A DNA stretch of 52,140 nt, the filler included, from Jimgerdemannia flammicorona (taxonomy: Eukaryota), in NCBI GenBank assembly GCA_003990765.1. It is 2 parts of 2 records of this genome, joined end to end, with 100 filler letters (N's around TTAATTAATTAA, not from the genome) between each part and the next. Parts side by side here need not be neighbours in the genome. Positions count along the whole stretch, not along the records: positions 26,124 to 52,140 come from RBNJ01000767.1; 1 more part is not named here. The stretch is one strand, 5' to 3'. Shown here piece by piece: positions 26,320 through 39,700 of this stretch. Every line of letters begins with the position of its first letter. The first letter of the stretch is position 1. Both the position numbers and the translations under genes were made by a program. The notes beneath the pieces are model-generated. The model worked only from the letters and a program-made list of their open reading frames with translations, did not search any database and was not told the DNA's origin.

Positions 26320-27290
26320 AAAATATAATTATTGTTTTTGTAGATTATCTTAGCAAATAAGTTTACTTTATACCTACTACCATAACTACAATAGCATCCA
26401 AAATTACTATACTCTTATTTGATAATATCTTTCACTATTATGGTCTTCATAAGACATTGTTAGTAACTAAGATCTGAAATTTACCAGCTATTTTAAAAAG
26501 CTCTATACTCTTACCTTAGAATTAAACTAGTATTATCCACAGTCTTTTATCTTAAAACTGATGACTAAACTGAAAGGATGAACTGAACTCTAGAACAAAT
26601 ACTAAGGAACTATGTTTTCTATAAATAATATAATTGATATAAATATCTTACTATAGTTGAGTTTATCTATAACAATAGCAAAAAAGCTTCTCTTAGAATG
26701 ACTTTATTTTTTACTAATATAGAATAGAATCTCATCATCTATCAAAGCTATAGATGAACCCTCTACTATTAAAGCTGTTAAAGAATTCTTACTCTAAATA
26801 TATAACTCAAGTTAAATTATAATTGAGAATTTATCTCAAGCTCAAAACCAACAATCTCAATATATCAACAAGTACTACTAAGAAGAAACTTTTAATATCA
26901 GTAAAAAGGTTCTAGTGATATTTAAGGATACTGAGTTGATAATCTTAAGTACAGACCTTTTTTTAAAGATATTATATATGTTTCTCTAATATCCTATAAA
27001 CCAGTTTTACTAGATACATACTATCAAAATTCACTCAGTCTTTAATATTCAATATCTTAAGTAATATAATGAAAATTATGATAAATTATTTTTAAATTAA
27101 ACTGTAAAACTATCATTATTTATTATTATTAATAACTATAAGAAATATAAAGTTGAACAAATGTAGCTACAAGAATCATCCAGAATATCTTATTAAATAG
27201 AAAGATTATCTGATCTATAATACTATATAGAAACTCAGAACAAATCTCCAAAATATTACTAACTTAGTTCAAGAATATAATTCTTTGAAC
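26320..27290 (+). mobile_element. Heavily mutated chromovirus-type Gypsy integrase and chromodomain remnant
   Basis: Decayed FVDYLSK, TD(G)(Q)TERMN(R)TLEQILR, YKVEQ and EYLIK(W)K(G)Y motifs. Confidence 0.75.
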
Positions 27291-27299
27291 AACTAGTTA

Positions 27300-30200
27300 A
27301 AATACTTCAATCATTACTGTACTATATATATTATCTCTCTTAAACACTATTAAGTACTCTTATAATTATTATAAATAAAATCAAAAACTCAGATATACTC
27401 ATAGCAAAATTGATACAAAAGAAATATTAATTATTTAGAAAAATAGTAAAACTAAAAAGGCAGTCTATTCTCTCTATATCACTAGTGAGAAATGAGAGAT
27501 AGATATTTAAAAAAATTCCTTATAGGAAATTCTCTAGCAATAAATAATGTAAAAATCACTTTCTATATATAGTATCAAATATATAATCCTGTAATATATA
27601 ATTTTAATATATTAGATAACTATATTATAAGTATACTTTTTTTTGAGAAAAATAGATATTATTAGACTTTTGACTATTTACTTGATATAATGATACTAGA
27701 ACAAATTAGAAGAACTCAATAAAGATATCAAAAACTAAAAAAGAGGAAAGTTGGATAATCTTTAAGCTGCTAAAATTATATATTACTTTTTGAACAAATC
27801 TAGAAATTATATATAAGATCATAAAGCTAAGTCAAACTAAAGTACAGATTATAAAGCTAAGTAAACTTGAAGTCACAGAATATAAGATATATAAAAACAG
27901 AACCTTATCAATCAAAATTGAAAGCATATATATTAGATATATATAGTATACTAAAATAGAGAACTATAACAAACTAAATAATAACCACAATACTTAAATA
28001 TATACCCAGCCATAACTACTAATGTCTACAACTATATCTATACTAATATGTAGAATCTATTATCATCTGGACCATCTCTCTCTTATTTCTCATAAATATC
28101 CATAGCCTATGCACCCCTCTATTTTATAGAAGTTTAATAGAATATACTGAATATACTTAGCATAGTCTACTTGGATAAATCTCAAGTTACTATTAAATTG
28201 ACTGCCTCTTCTAAGATATAGTTAACTATTACTATGATACAAATATTATGTACTAAATTATCTCAATATTAGAAACTCATTATATATAAATATCAGAAAC
28301 AGAAACTCTTTTATATCTCTAAGTCACTATTACTGAAATAGTTACTACTTTGACCTATATCCAAATTGATGATATAGTGTAAGAACTCAATCAGAAATAA
28401 ATTGAGTATGCTCAAACAACTGACAGACCTCTCTGATAACTATATTCTATAATACTCCAAGTTAGATATATTATAAAGGATATCTATGATATAATTCAGG
28501 TTGATAATGATAAAGTAGAAGACAATAATCTCTCTGATACTGAGATACTCTCTAGCTAAGAATCTCTGCCAACCCTGATCACTCTATTAACTTTACTAAT
28601 AGATTTATTATAGTATATAACTATCTATGAGACTTATTGAGATAATGACTACTGGTATGAGTACTAACCTATATTTATACCTAACTACTTTAACTATAAT
28701 AAAGAAACAGAATAACATAATCTATATCTCCAGGCAATTCTTAAGATAGAACTAATAATCTCATCTTCTGAGAATGAGTGACATGAAGAATAACTATTAG
28801 TATACTATAACTCTACAATATACAATACTGTAATCTATCAAAGATATACTAATAGTGAATCTAATAAAAGTAAAGATAATATACTCCTTCTCTATCTACT
28901 AATATTATATATATCTAGTATATGAGACAGATAATACCATCTTATAGAATAATTACTTTATTCTAATATATTATTATATAAATAAATAAAGAGATATAAT
29001 CTAAGAACTACTCTTCTTAAATAACTACTTTATCCAAGATGATATCATTAATAGTGATCTTATTGAAGACTACCCAGATAGTGTCTAAATCTATAAATAG
29101 CTTAGCAGTCATTAGGATAGTTAAATTAGCTTAGTATTATATAATTATATTGTAACTTATCAGTCAGTAGATCTCTTAATATATCAGTTTACACTTTATA
29201 CTATATAACTACATTCTGACTTATTAAGTACTAAAGTATTGTATCTATATTTAGTCTAGTTCAGATAGCCTTCTATTAGTATAAATACTCTCTTTCTAGA
29301 CTTCAGAAACTTAAATAAAAATATAGACAAACTGAGTACAAACACTTTTCTATATAAATATATTTTCATATATTACTCCTAGTATTAGCTAATAGCAATA
29401 TTATAAATAGTGAATAAATCTAGTTAATAACCTATAAATTACTTTTAAATAAACTAATAATATATTAGATTGTACTTCTAACTAAATCTTGAAATTTCCT
29501 AATTGAGTATTGTTGTAATAATATGTTAATTCAACTAGTTTTTTAAACTTTCTGAAATAATTAAAATTTAGAACATTTAGAATAAGTTTAAAAAAAAGAA
29601 CTTTAATTGAGATGTCAACTCAATCTTAAAATCAATAAGTATAGAGGATATACTCTATATGAAATTGATCTTGACCTAAAGAAAACAGTTTTCCAGAATA
29701 TTCAGAACTTTCCAAAAACTATTTCAGAACTATATAATAGTATTCTAACAAAGTACTCTCTTATATTTAGCAATATAATAATGAAATAAATCTTATAGTA
29801 AACTATATATCAGTAATAAAACTATATATCAGTAAAAGATAATTATGGGATATTTATAATAAAAAGTGAGTAGAAATATAATATACCTTTCTAGATCTCT
29901 CTTTTAAAGTATTATATTATATTCTTCTTATTCTTCTTTTTCTATATTTGAGTTTTTCTACTATTAGAACCTATATATTGGAATGGCAACTTGATATATA
30001 GACATATGGCTTTATGCTATATACCATTCTATCAGTTTTATATCATTTATCAGTAATATATAAAATATACAACTTAGGCATTTTAAATAAATTACTTCTT
30101 CTATTCATAACAATAGGTTATGAGCTCTGGTTAGCAGCTAGAGTACCTTTAGTTTATACACTTTACCAACAAACACAGATGTGAGCTAGAGTGTCAAGAT

Positions 30201-32800
30201 AGATATCTCTACAATAGCCCTCTGATAATGGAAAACACAGTTTCATTATAAGAGAAGCCTGCTAATAGTAATAATGAAGTCCTTCCTAGTAATAGAGATA
30301 ATTACCAAAACACCTGCTTAGATGTTTGAGGCAATTACAAGTCCTTCTAGATAGCAGACAAAATCCTCTCTAGTGTTGAGGTAATTATAAAACCCTCTCA
30401 AGTAGTTGAGGTAATAATGACAATAAGAATGCTAGCCAATAAGACAGATAAAGCCATATATAAGATCAGTAATAAGCTCAATAGAGATAAATCTAAACCC
30501 AAGGTCCAATGTGGTAAATAAGATCATCAAGACCAATATAGTCATCAGTGATATAGTCAGTAATGAGATACAGCCAATGAGACTACAGAAAAGACCAATG
30601 AGTTCAATATGGCAAATGAAGTCAGTATGGACAACAAGATCAAAAAGCATAGATAAGGTAAATACCAAATAAGATCAAAAGTATGTAATGGGGATGAATC
30701 TAAATCTAAGCTCAAAATGAGTACAACTAATTGAGATTTGAAGGTAACTATAATTATTGAGAGATATATAAATACTACAAGAAGAAACTACTATAGTACT
30801 ATCAATAGAGTAATTATTGCCAACAACATCAGTAGTATGAATACTGCCAACAATATCAATAGTAGAGATACTACTAATAATATCTAGCAAATATATCAAT
30901 ATAGTTAATAATAATGATGATATATATATCTAGCTAATAGATTTTAATATAATATAGTATATAATACTATATTGTATATACTAGGAATAATAATAGACTG
31001 TATTAATAATAATATATATATATTCCAAAGGTATAATGATAACAGTAACAACTATGTCAATTAGAAATAATATCTATATCTAGTAATGATACCTATCAAC
31101 AATATTAATAGTATTGGATTAAGTAAGAGCATCAATATCTGTAATTAACAATATCTATAACACTTACCTTCTATAATACCAATCAGTCTACAGTAGATAT
31201 AATAAGTAAAGTAAGATACTTTTTAGTCTTTTAAAAGCCTCTCATATGACATATATATTTCATATCTGTATTGCATATATAAATTGTATTTTTTGTAGAT
31301 ATTTCAGATATTTTGGAACACTTTTTGGCCCATAAAAATTCCTAGATAGTTGTAATTCTAGGTTATATACAGTTCTAATTTTTATATATATTATATTACT
31401 TTTTCTTCTAGTTTGTATTCTCTTTTTTCTTAGATATAGTTGATATTCTTTTTTTTGTTTTGGCATATATATCTTCTTGTATAGGTGTATTGGACAACTT
31501 AATATATAGATATATAACTTTATACCATACATTATTCTATCAGTTTTATATTATTTATTAGTAATATATAAAATATGTAACTTAGATATTTTAAATAAAT
31601 TGCTTTTTCTATTCATCACAACAATATTTTTTATTTTCACTATAGTTTCTTATGTTTTAAGTATAGATAGATATTTAGTACTCTTTTAGTATATTAGCAG
31701 TTATTTTACAGTTATTGCTTAATTATATTATATTATATTCTACTTATATTATATTCTTTTTTATATATTATCTCATTTTAAAATTTCTATTATTTTAATA
31801 TCTCAATAATATGACTTATATATATATAACTACCTTATCTTTAAGCTATATTACTTGATGTATAAATATATACTATTCAGAATAATAAACAAAGCTCCTC
31901 TTTTTCTCACTCTATATTTTCAACTAAGTTAAAATAAAGATAATAATTAATTTATTAGATATATATATAATACTAAAGGTTATATATTTATTTTGTCTAA
32001 ATATCTTGAATAGGTTTAAGTAAATGTTTGTATAATAGTAATTATTTATTTTTTAGCTTAAAAGTGAGGATTTTATCTTAAATTATTAGCTAATAACTAA
32101 TAAGATATAATATGAAATACTTAATCTGCAAAATATATATAGGAGATTTTTTTATCTTAAATTCTTAATCTTTTTTAGCTTTTCAGAGTTCTCAACAAGG
32201 TATAAGATAGATGAGTTTGAACACTATCTATATATGTATCTGTAGACTTACTAGTTCCTTTATCTCTTTACTTTTGAACTATTTTGATCTGAGGGTTAAT
32301 TTCTCTAGATACTGGAGATATTTATATAAGTTTATAAACTAATTAGTTACTAAGTTATGTATAACTTATTTTATAATATATAGATTTTTTATAATTATAA
32401 GTTTCTAAGAAAGTAAAATATTTCTTTATACTATATAGATTGAATAACTACTATCATTATATTATACTAAATTTAAAAATCAAATTCAGATACTTTAATT
32501 AAATTTTTATCTTCTAATTCTTATTTCTAATCCAGATTAACCATTATACTAAGTAATATTTCAGAATTAGTTTAAATAATATTTACATTTTAAGATCTAT
32601 TAACAAAATATCTATATATTATTATTAAAAAATTTTAATTTATAATTTATTTATTTATTACATTAGAGTTATTTGAATAAGTTACTATACTATGTATATA
32701 ATAAACCAGTTTATATTTAAGTTATATGAATATTTCTGAGATATTTAATAAATATATTATTATGATAGTTTCTTGTTAGATATTACTAAGATTTAATTTA
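27300..32800. mobile_element. Very AT-rich, decayed transposon debris
   Basis: Almost no CpG and strong TpA excess. Contains a ~130-bp direct repeat (about 29985-30114 and 31493-31625); the first copy is followed by GGTTATGAGCTC, resembling a fungal copia PBS. Confidence 0.5.
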
Positions 32801-32878
32801 TATAGTTATGAGCGTAGTTCAAACTTCAGCAAAGTGGCCGAAACCGCTTAGCACGCGGAACGTTCATGCGTACTCCTT

Positions 32879-33003
32879 TAGCTTAGTTCTGTTTCAATCT
32901 CATTGCAGTTTAGTTCCTGCCTTTCCTGCAGTTTTAGTTCTGGCATTTCTGCAGTGTTTAGTTCTGGCATTTCTGCAGTTTTATTTCCTGCATTCCTGCA
33001 TTT
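32879..33003. repeat. Short tandem repeat, ~22-24-bp unit (TTTAGTTCTGGCATTTCTGCAG)
   Basis: About five degenerate copies visible. Confidence 0.7.
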
Positions 33004-33788
33004 AAATCGTTCCCTTAGTTTAGCTCGGACTCGGTTAATGTACGCCAGTCTCAGCGCGCATTGCAGTTCGTCGTCGTTTTCTTTACCGTCCATTCTCGTC
33101 GTTTCCGTTGCCGTCCTTTCTAGCACGAAGTCGTACGATATTTAGCAATTAGTCGTTAGTAATTGTTTGTCAGTAATTTCGTATCTTCAAGTTTGCCTAC
33201 CTCTCCCACCCATCCCTCATGGTTGAAGGGCAATAAACGGCCCCCTTCGCATATGAACGCGAATGGCGGGCCTTGGGAAGCGCATCCTTCCTTATAACAA
33301 AACCCATTACATTACATTACATTACATTTTCTTCGCAACACGTATTTTCGTTTACATTTATTTCTATGCCGGCATTTCTTATGCGACGTTTACATATATT
33401 GTACTCTGGTCTTTATGCGACGAGACACTTTGAAATATTATCTATTTACCAATATTATAAAAAAATAAAAATATTAAATAAATCGTACTAAAAGTACTAT
33501 CTAGAATAATATATATCTAATATAAATATTATTTTCTTTTTAACCAGAGACTTACAAGCATGATAGAGTATTTATATAGATGTAACAATCCATTAAACAG
33601 ATATGATATAATGGGAATGGTTGAATCCAAGACAGCTTATTTAATACTAAGCGCTTTTCACAGTGTTAACCTCGGCATGCTGGCGGATTCTAAATTGAAT
33701 AGCACTAGTCAGAAAGATTTTAAAAACTGTTTAACAATGACGCCCATCATACCTTTGTTATCCAGCTGAAAAAGCCTCGTGACAGGGT

Positions 33789-36700
33789 CTAGAGAAGTGG
33801 TGAAAGCACAAGAACATCACGGCCGATGCTTTCTACTGAAAAATGCACAAAACATACGTCAGCTGAATCGAAACACCCACGTTCAAACAATTTCCGACAT
33901 ACCTTTAGACTTCAGAGACTTGGCGCCCTCGACAGAGATTATATTCTCTAAAAATACACATATATCCAAACATCAGCTGAATTTAATCACCCAAATTGAA
34001 CCAGCCACAAACTGATTTCTATCATATTTACCTGATATATTTAGCTTGCTTAGTGTTATGTTATCCGTTGGAACCTCGGCTAGGGCATAGGCACCTTCAT
34101 CGCTAATTTCGTTAACTATAAGGAATACGCACACGTCAGGATCGAATCACAAACATTCAAAAATGCAAACACTAGTTTCGGGCATACATGCGAGATCCAG
34201 CTCAGTAAGGGTTGTGTTCTGTTTTAACGACACTGCTAGAGCACGGGCACCCTCATTGCCAATTTTGTTATCTATAATGAATATGCGCTGTCAGCTGGAT
34301 TGATTCCCCAAAATTCAAACAGCTACATATACAATTATTTTTGACATACTGCGGAGATTCAAATCGGTCAGAATATTGTTCTTCTTCAGAGATTCGGCCA
34401 GAGCACGGGCGCCCTCAGATTTGATTTCATTCCCTAAATATGGACACATCAGCTCTGGATTAGACCACACACATCGAAACAGCATATACTGATTTCTGGC
34501 ATACCTAAAAGATTAAGCTGGGTAAGCGTCGTGTTATGCTTCAGAGACTCGGCCAGAGCATAGGCACCCTTAGCGCCAATGTTATTCCCTGGAATATTCA
34601 CAAATTGAATATGTCAGCCAGATTGAGTCCCTCATATTCAAACAGTCACACTTATTTCCAACAAACCTGGGAGATTCAGCTGCATAAGCTTCTTGTTCCG
34701 CTTCAGAGAGTCGCCTAGAGCACTGGCACCCTCATCCCCAATTCCGTTACCTGTTATGAATAAGTTCACGTCAGCTGGATTGAAGTACCCACATTCAAAC
34801 AGTCAAACACTTATTTACTACATACTGTAGAGATTTAGATGAGTAAGCGTCGCGTTGTGTTTCAAGGAATTGGCCAGAGCATGGGAACCCTCAGCACCAA
34901 TGTTATTCCCTGAAAATTCATATAAATGCACATGGCAGCTTGATCGAATTACACACAGTCAAACGGTCACTCGATGACTTCCACTTACATAAGAGATTCA
35001 GCTGGTTAAGAGTCGTGTTTTGCTTCAGAGACTCGGCCAGTGAACAAGAACCCTTAGCACCAATGTTATTCCCTAAAAAATGAACGTATTTGCACACATC
35101 AACTGAATGGAATCACTCACATTTAAACAGTTACTCACTGAATTGCGACATACATTCCAGATTCAACTGTGAAAGGACAGTATTCTGTTTCAAAGACTCG
35201 GACAGGGAACGCGCACCCTCATCGCCAATTCCGTTATCTAAAATGAATTTGCACGCTTCAGTAATATCGAATCACCCACATTCAAACAATCACATACTGA
35301 TTTCCGATATACCTTCGAGATCCAAAAGAGTGAGGGTCGTGTTCTGTTTCAGAGGCTCGGCCAGAATATGGACACCTGCAGCACCGATGTTATTCCCTGA
35401 AAATTGCACAAATATGAATACATTATCAGGATCGAATCAAACACTCAAACAATGATTTCCAACATACATTTGAGATTCAGCTGGGTAAGCATCGCATTCT
35501 GCTTCAGAAATTCGGCCAGAGCACGGACACCCACAGGACCGATGCTATTCCCTAAAATAGAAATAAATATGGACATGTCAGCTGGATCGAATCAAACAGT
35601 CATAAATTGATTTCCAAATTACCTTCGAGATTCAGTACGGTAAGCGTCCTGTTCTGCATCAGAGACTTTGCCAGAGCATAGGAACCGTCAGGGCCAATCT
35701 TATTATCTGAAATTTGCAAAGTTATGGTTACGTCAGCTGGATCGAATCAACCTCATTCAAACGAGCCACACTTATTTCGAACATACTGGAGAGGTCCAGC
35801 AGGGTAAGCATTGTGTTCAGCTTCAGAGATTCGGCTAGAGCACGGGTACCCTCAGCTCCAATGTTATTCCCTGAAAAATTCAAATATGCAATGTCAGCGG
35901 GATAAAATCGCCTAAATTCAAACAGTCATTGACTAATTTCTGACATACTGGAAATCCTAAGTTCGGTAAGCGTCGTGTTCTGATTCAGAGACTCGGCCAG
36001 AGCACGGGCACCCTCAGCACCGATGTTATTCCCTGAAAAATGCATAAAAATACACTGGTCAACTCAGTCGAAATACCTACATTCAAACAGTTGCACATTA
36101 ATCGACGACATACCTGAGAGATCCAGTTGGGTTAGCGTCGTGCTCTGTTTTAAAATGTTTGCTAAAATGGCGCTTCCTTCGTCGCCAATTTCAAATTCTA
36201 AATAAAATTAAAATGTCAAATATTCTCTAAGTTAAATGCTGATGCTTTAAAATATAAAAATATAAAATAATCTCCTTACCAGAGAAATTCAACAGAATAT
36301 GATCTATGACATTGCCAGAACATATATTGATATTGTCATTTCTGCTCACTAAATAATGAAGTAATATACGGATTTAATCTATATGAATTATTATATATTT
36401 TATCATAATATCTATAAAATAATTATAAATTCTCAATTACATACTTTCAAAATCCAATTCTGGGTATATTTCACATTCATCCATTATATGTATAATATTA
36501 TATATAAACGTTTACACTTAATATATAGTGATAAAATTATTCAAAAGATTAATCATATAAATACTTACCATTATATAAGAAATTGAAAGATAAAAAATTA
36601 AACTCTACTGAAAGAGATAAGTTTGAAATATCAATAAAAGTATTAACTATTAGTTTTATCAAATATATTAAAATAATTATATGTATTATGATTTTTAACA

Positions 36701-39700
36701 TACTTTGAAAATTTTGATAAGTAAGGGTAGTGATCTGTTTCAAAGACTCGATCAGAGAGCAAACATCCTCATCTTCAATGCCATTATCTAAAAAGAATAT
36801 ACACATGTTAGCTGGATTGAATCACCCTTATTCAAAAAGTCAAACACTGATTTCTGACATACTTGGAAGATGCAGCTGAGTAAGTGTCTTGTTCCACTTC
36901 AGAGACCCAACCAGAGCACGTTCACCTTCATCGCCAATTATATTATCTTTAATGAATATGCACATATCAGCAGGATGAAATGACTGACTGATAATAAAAC
37001 ATTCACACATTCATTTCCTACATACCTGAGAGATCAAGCTGGGTAAGCATCGTGTTCTGTTTCAAAGACTCAACCAGAGCACAGGCTCCTTCATCACCAA
37101 TTTTGTTATCTATAATGATTATGCACACGTCAGCTGGATCGAATCATGGACAATCGACCAGTCTCACGCTGATATCCATACCTGATAGATTCATCTGTGT
37201 AAGCGTCGTGTTCCAATTCAAAGACTCGGCCAGGGAACTGGCACCTTCGTCGCCAATTCTGTTATCTGTAATGAACACACAAATATAGTCATATCGAATA
37301 ACTCCCATTCCAATAGTCACATATTAATTTGCAACATACCTGAGAGATTCAGCTGGGTAAGCGATGTGTTTTGCTTCAGAGACTCGGCCAGAACACGGGC
37401 ACCCTCATCATCAATTTCGTTATCTATAATTATTAGGTATACGTCAGTAAATGAAAACGTACACATTCAAACATTGTCACACTAATTCCAACATACTTTC
37501 GAGATTCAGATGGGTGAGCTTCGAGTTTTGCTTCAGAGACTCGGCTAGAGCACGGACACCCTCAAAGCCAATGTCGTTATCTAAAATGAGTCAGCTTGAC
37601 CGAAACATCTCACTAAAATTCATACAGTCAAACGACATACGTTCAAGATTTAGCTGGGTAAGCGCCATGTTCCACTTGAGAGACTCGGCCAGAATAAGGG
37701 CACCCTCATCGCCAATTCCGTTACCTATAATGAATATACACACGTCAGCTGGATCGAATAACCCACAATCAAACATTTACACAATGCTTTCCAACATACC
37801 TGAGAGACTCAGGTGGATAAGAGTCATATTCTGCTTCAGATACTCAGCAAGAGCACCGGCACCCTCATCGCCAATTCCGTTATCTATAATGAATTTATGC
37901 GTACATCATTTGGATCGAACCACTCACATTCAAACAGACATACACTGATTTCACCGATTTCGAACATACTGTAGAGATTTAGGTGAGTAAGCGACGTATT
38001 CTGTTTCAGACACTCAGCTAGAGCACAGACACCCTCGGCACCGATGTCATTCCCTGGAGAATAAATATGCACTTGTCAGCCGGATTGAATCACATACAAT
38101 CAAATAGTCACATAATAATTTCGGACATACTGGAGAGATTAAGTTGGGTAAGCGTCATGTTCTGCTTCAGAGACTCGGCCAGAGCATGAGAATAGTCGCC
38201 AATTCCATTATCTAAAAGGATATATGTATCAGATGGATCTCATATGTAAATTGTCTACTGATTTCCTACATACATTCCAGATTCAGATGGGTAAGTGTCG
38301 AGTTCTGCTTCAGAGAATTAGCCAGAGCACGGACACCCACAGCACCTATGTTATTCGCTGAAAAATGCACAAATATGTACACGTCAGCTGGATCGAATCA
38401 CCAACATCCAAAGAGACATACATTGATTTACGACACACATCGATTTATGACATACATTCCAGATTCAGGTGGGTAAGAGTCGCGTTCTGCATTAGAGACT
38501 TGGCCAGATGACGGGCACCATCGGCACCAATGCTATTTCCTAAAAAAAAAAAGCAAAAAATATTTACACGTCAGCTGGATCCTATCTCCTACATTAAAGC
38601 AGTCACATTGACTTCTGACCTAATAGATTCAGCTGGATAAGCGTCGTGTTCTGCTTCAGAGTCTCGGCCAGAGCACGGGCACCCTCATCGCCAATTCCAT
38701 TTTCTATAATGATTTGTACACGTCAGCTGGATCGAATCACGCAATTTCAAATTGTCACACACTGACTTCCAACATACCGTAGAGAATCAGCTGGGTAAGC
38801 ATCGTGTTCTGCTTCAGCGACCCGGCCAGAGAACGTGCTCCCTTAGCACCAATGCAATTACCTAAAAAATGCACAAACATGCAAACTTCAGATGGATCAG
38901 AGCACCAAGATTCAAACAATCACATACTGATTTCTGAAATACCTAAGAGATTCAGTTCGGTAAGTGTCGTGTTTTTCTCCAGTGACTCGGCCAGAGCATG
39001 GGCACCCTTAGCGCCGATGCCATTCCCTGAAAAATGTCCAAATATACTCACGTCAACCAGACGATATAACCCACATTCAAATATTTACGCACTGATTTTC
39101 GACATACATTCGAGGTTCAGCTGGATAAGCGCCATGTTCAGTTTCAGAGACCCGGCTAGGGCAAGGCCACCCTCATCGCCAATTAAATTCTCTATAATGA
39201 ATATGCACAAGTCAGCTGGATCGAATCACGCACATGTAAACAGCCATACATTGATTTTGATATACCTCCGAGATTCAGGTGAGTAAGCGTCGTGTTCTGT
39301 TTCAGAGCCTCGGCCAAGGCATTGGCACCATCATCGCGAATTCCGTTATCTATAATTAATATCCACATGTTTGTTGGATAGAATCACCCCCATTCAAACG
39401 GTCACACACTGTTTTCCGACTTACTGTTGAGGTTCAGCTGGGTAAGTGTTGTGTTCCGCTTCAGAGGTTCGGCCAGAGCACACACACCTTCGTTACCGAT
39501 GTCTAATGACATTTACATGTGGAGGTTATTGATACTTATATACAGCCAAATTCTACGTTCGATATTGATTTAACGAGTATTTCAACGTTTTTATATACCA
39601 TACCTGTGAATTTTAGGTTTTTAAAAATTCCTTGATGCATCGCCCAAACCATCGACTCAAATTGCTTGCTTTCCAAAGATAGCCGCGGCGCCGTTTTGCC

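Noticed and set aside
34536..39286. Plus-strand ORFs with SARARAPSSPI-type repeats
   Set aside because: Antisense shadows of the LRR exons.
33900..39500. CRISPR-like regularly spaced repeats
   Set aside because: The units are GT-AG bounded LRR exons and homologous introns in a eukaryotic gene; no cas genes.
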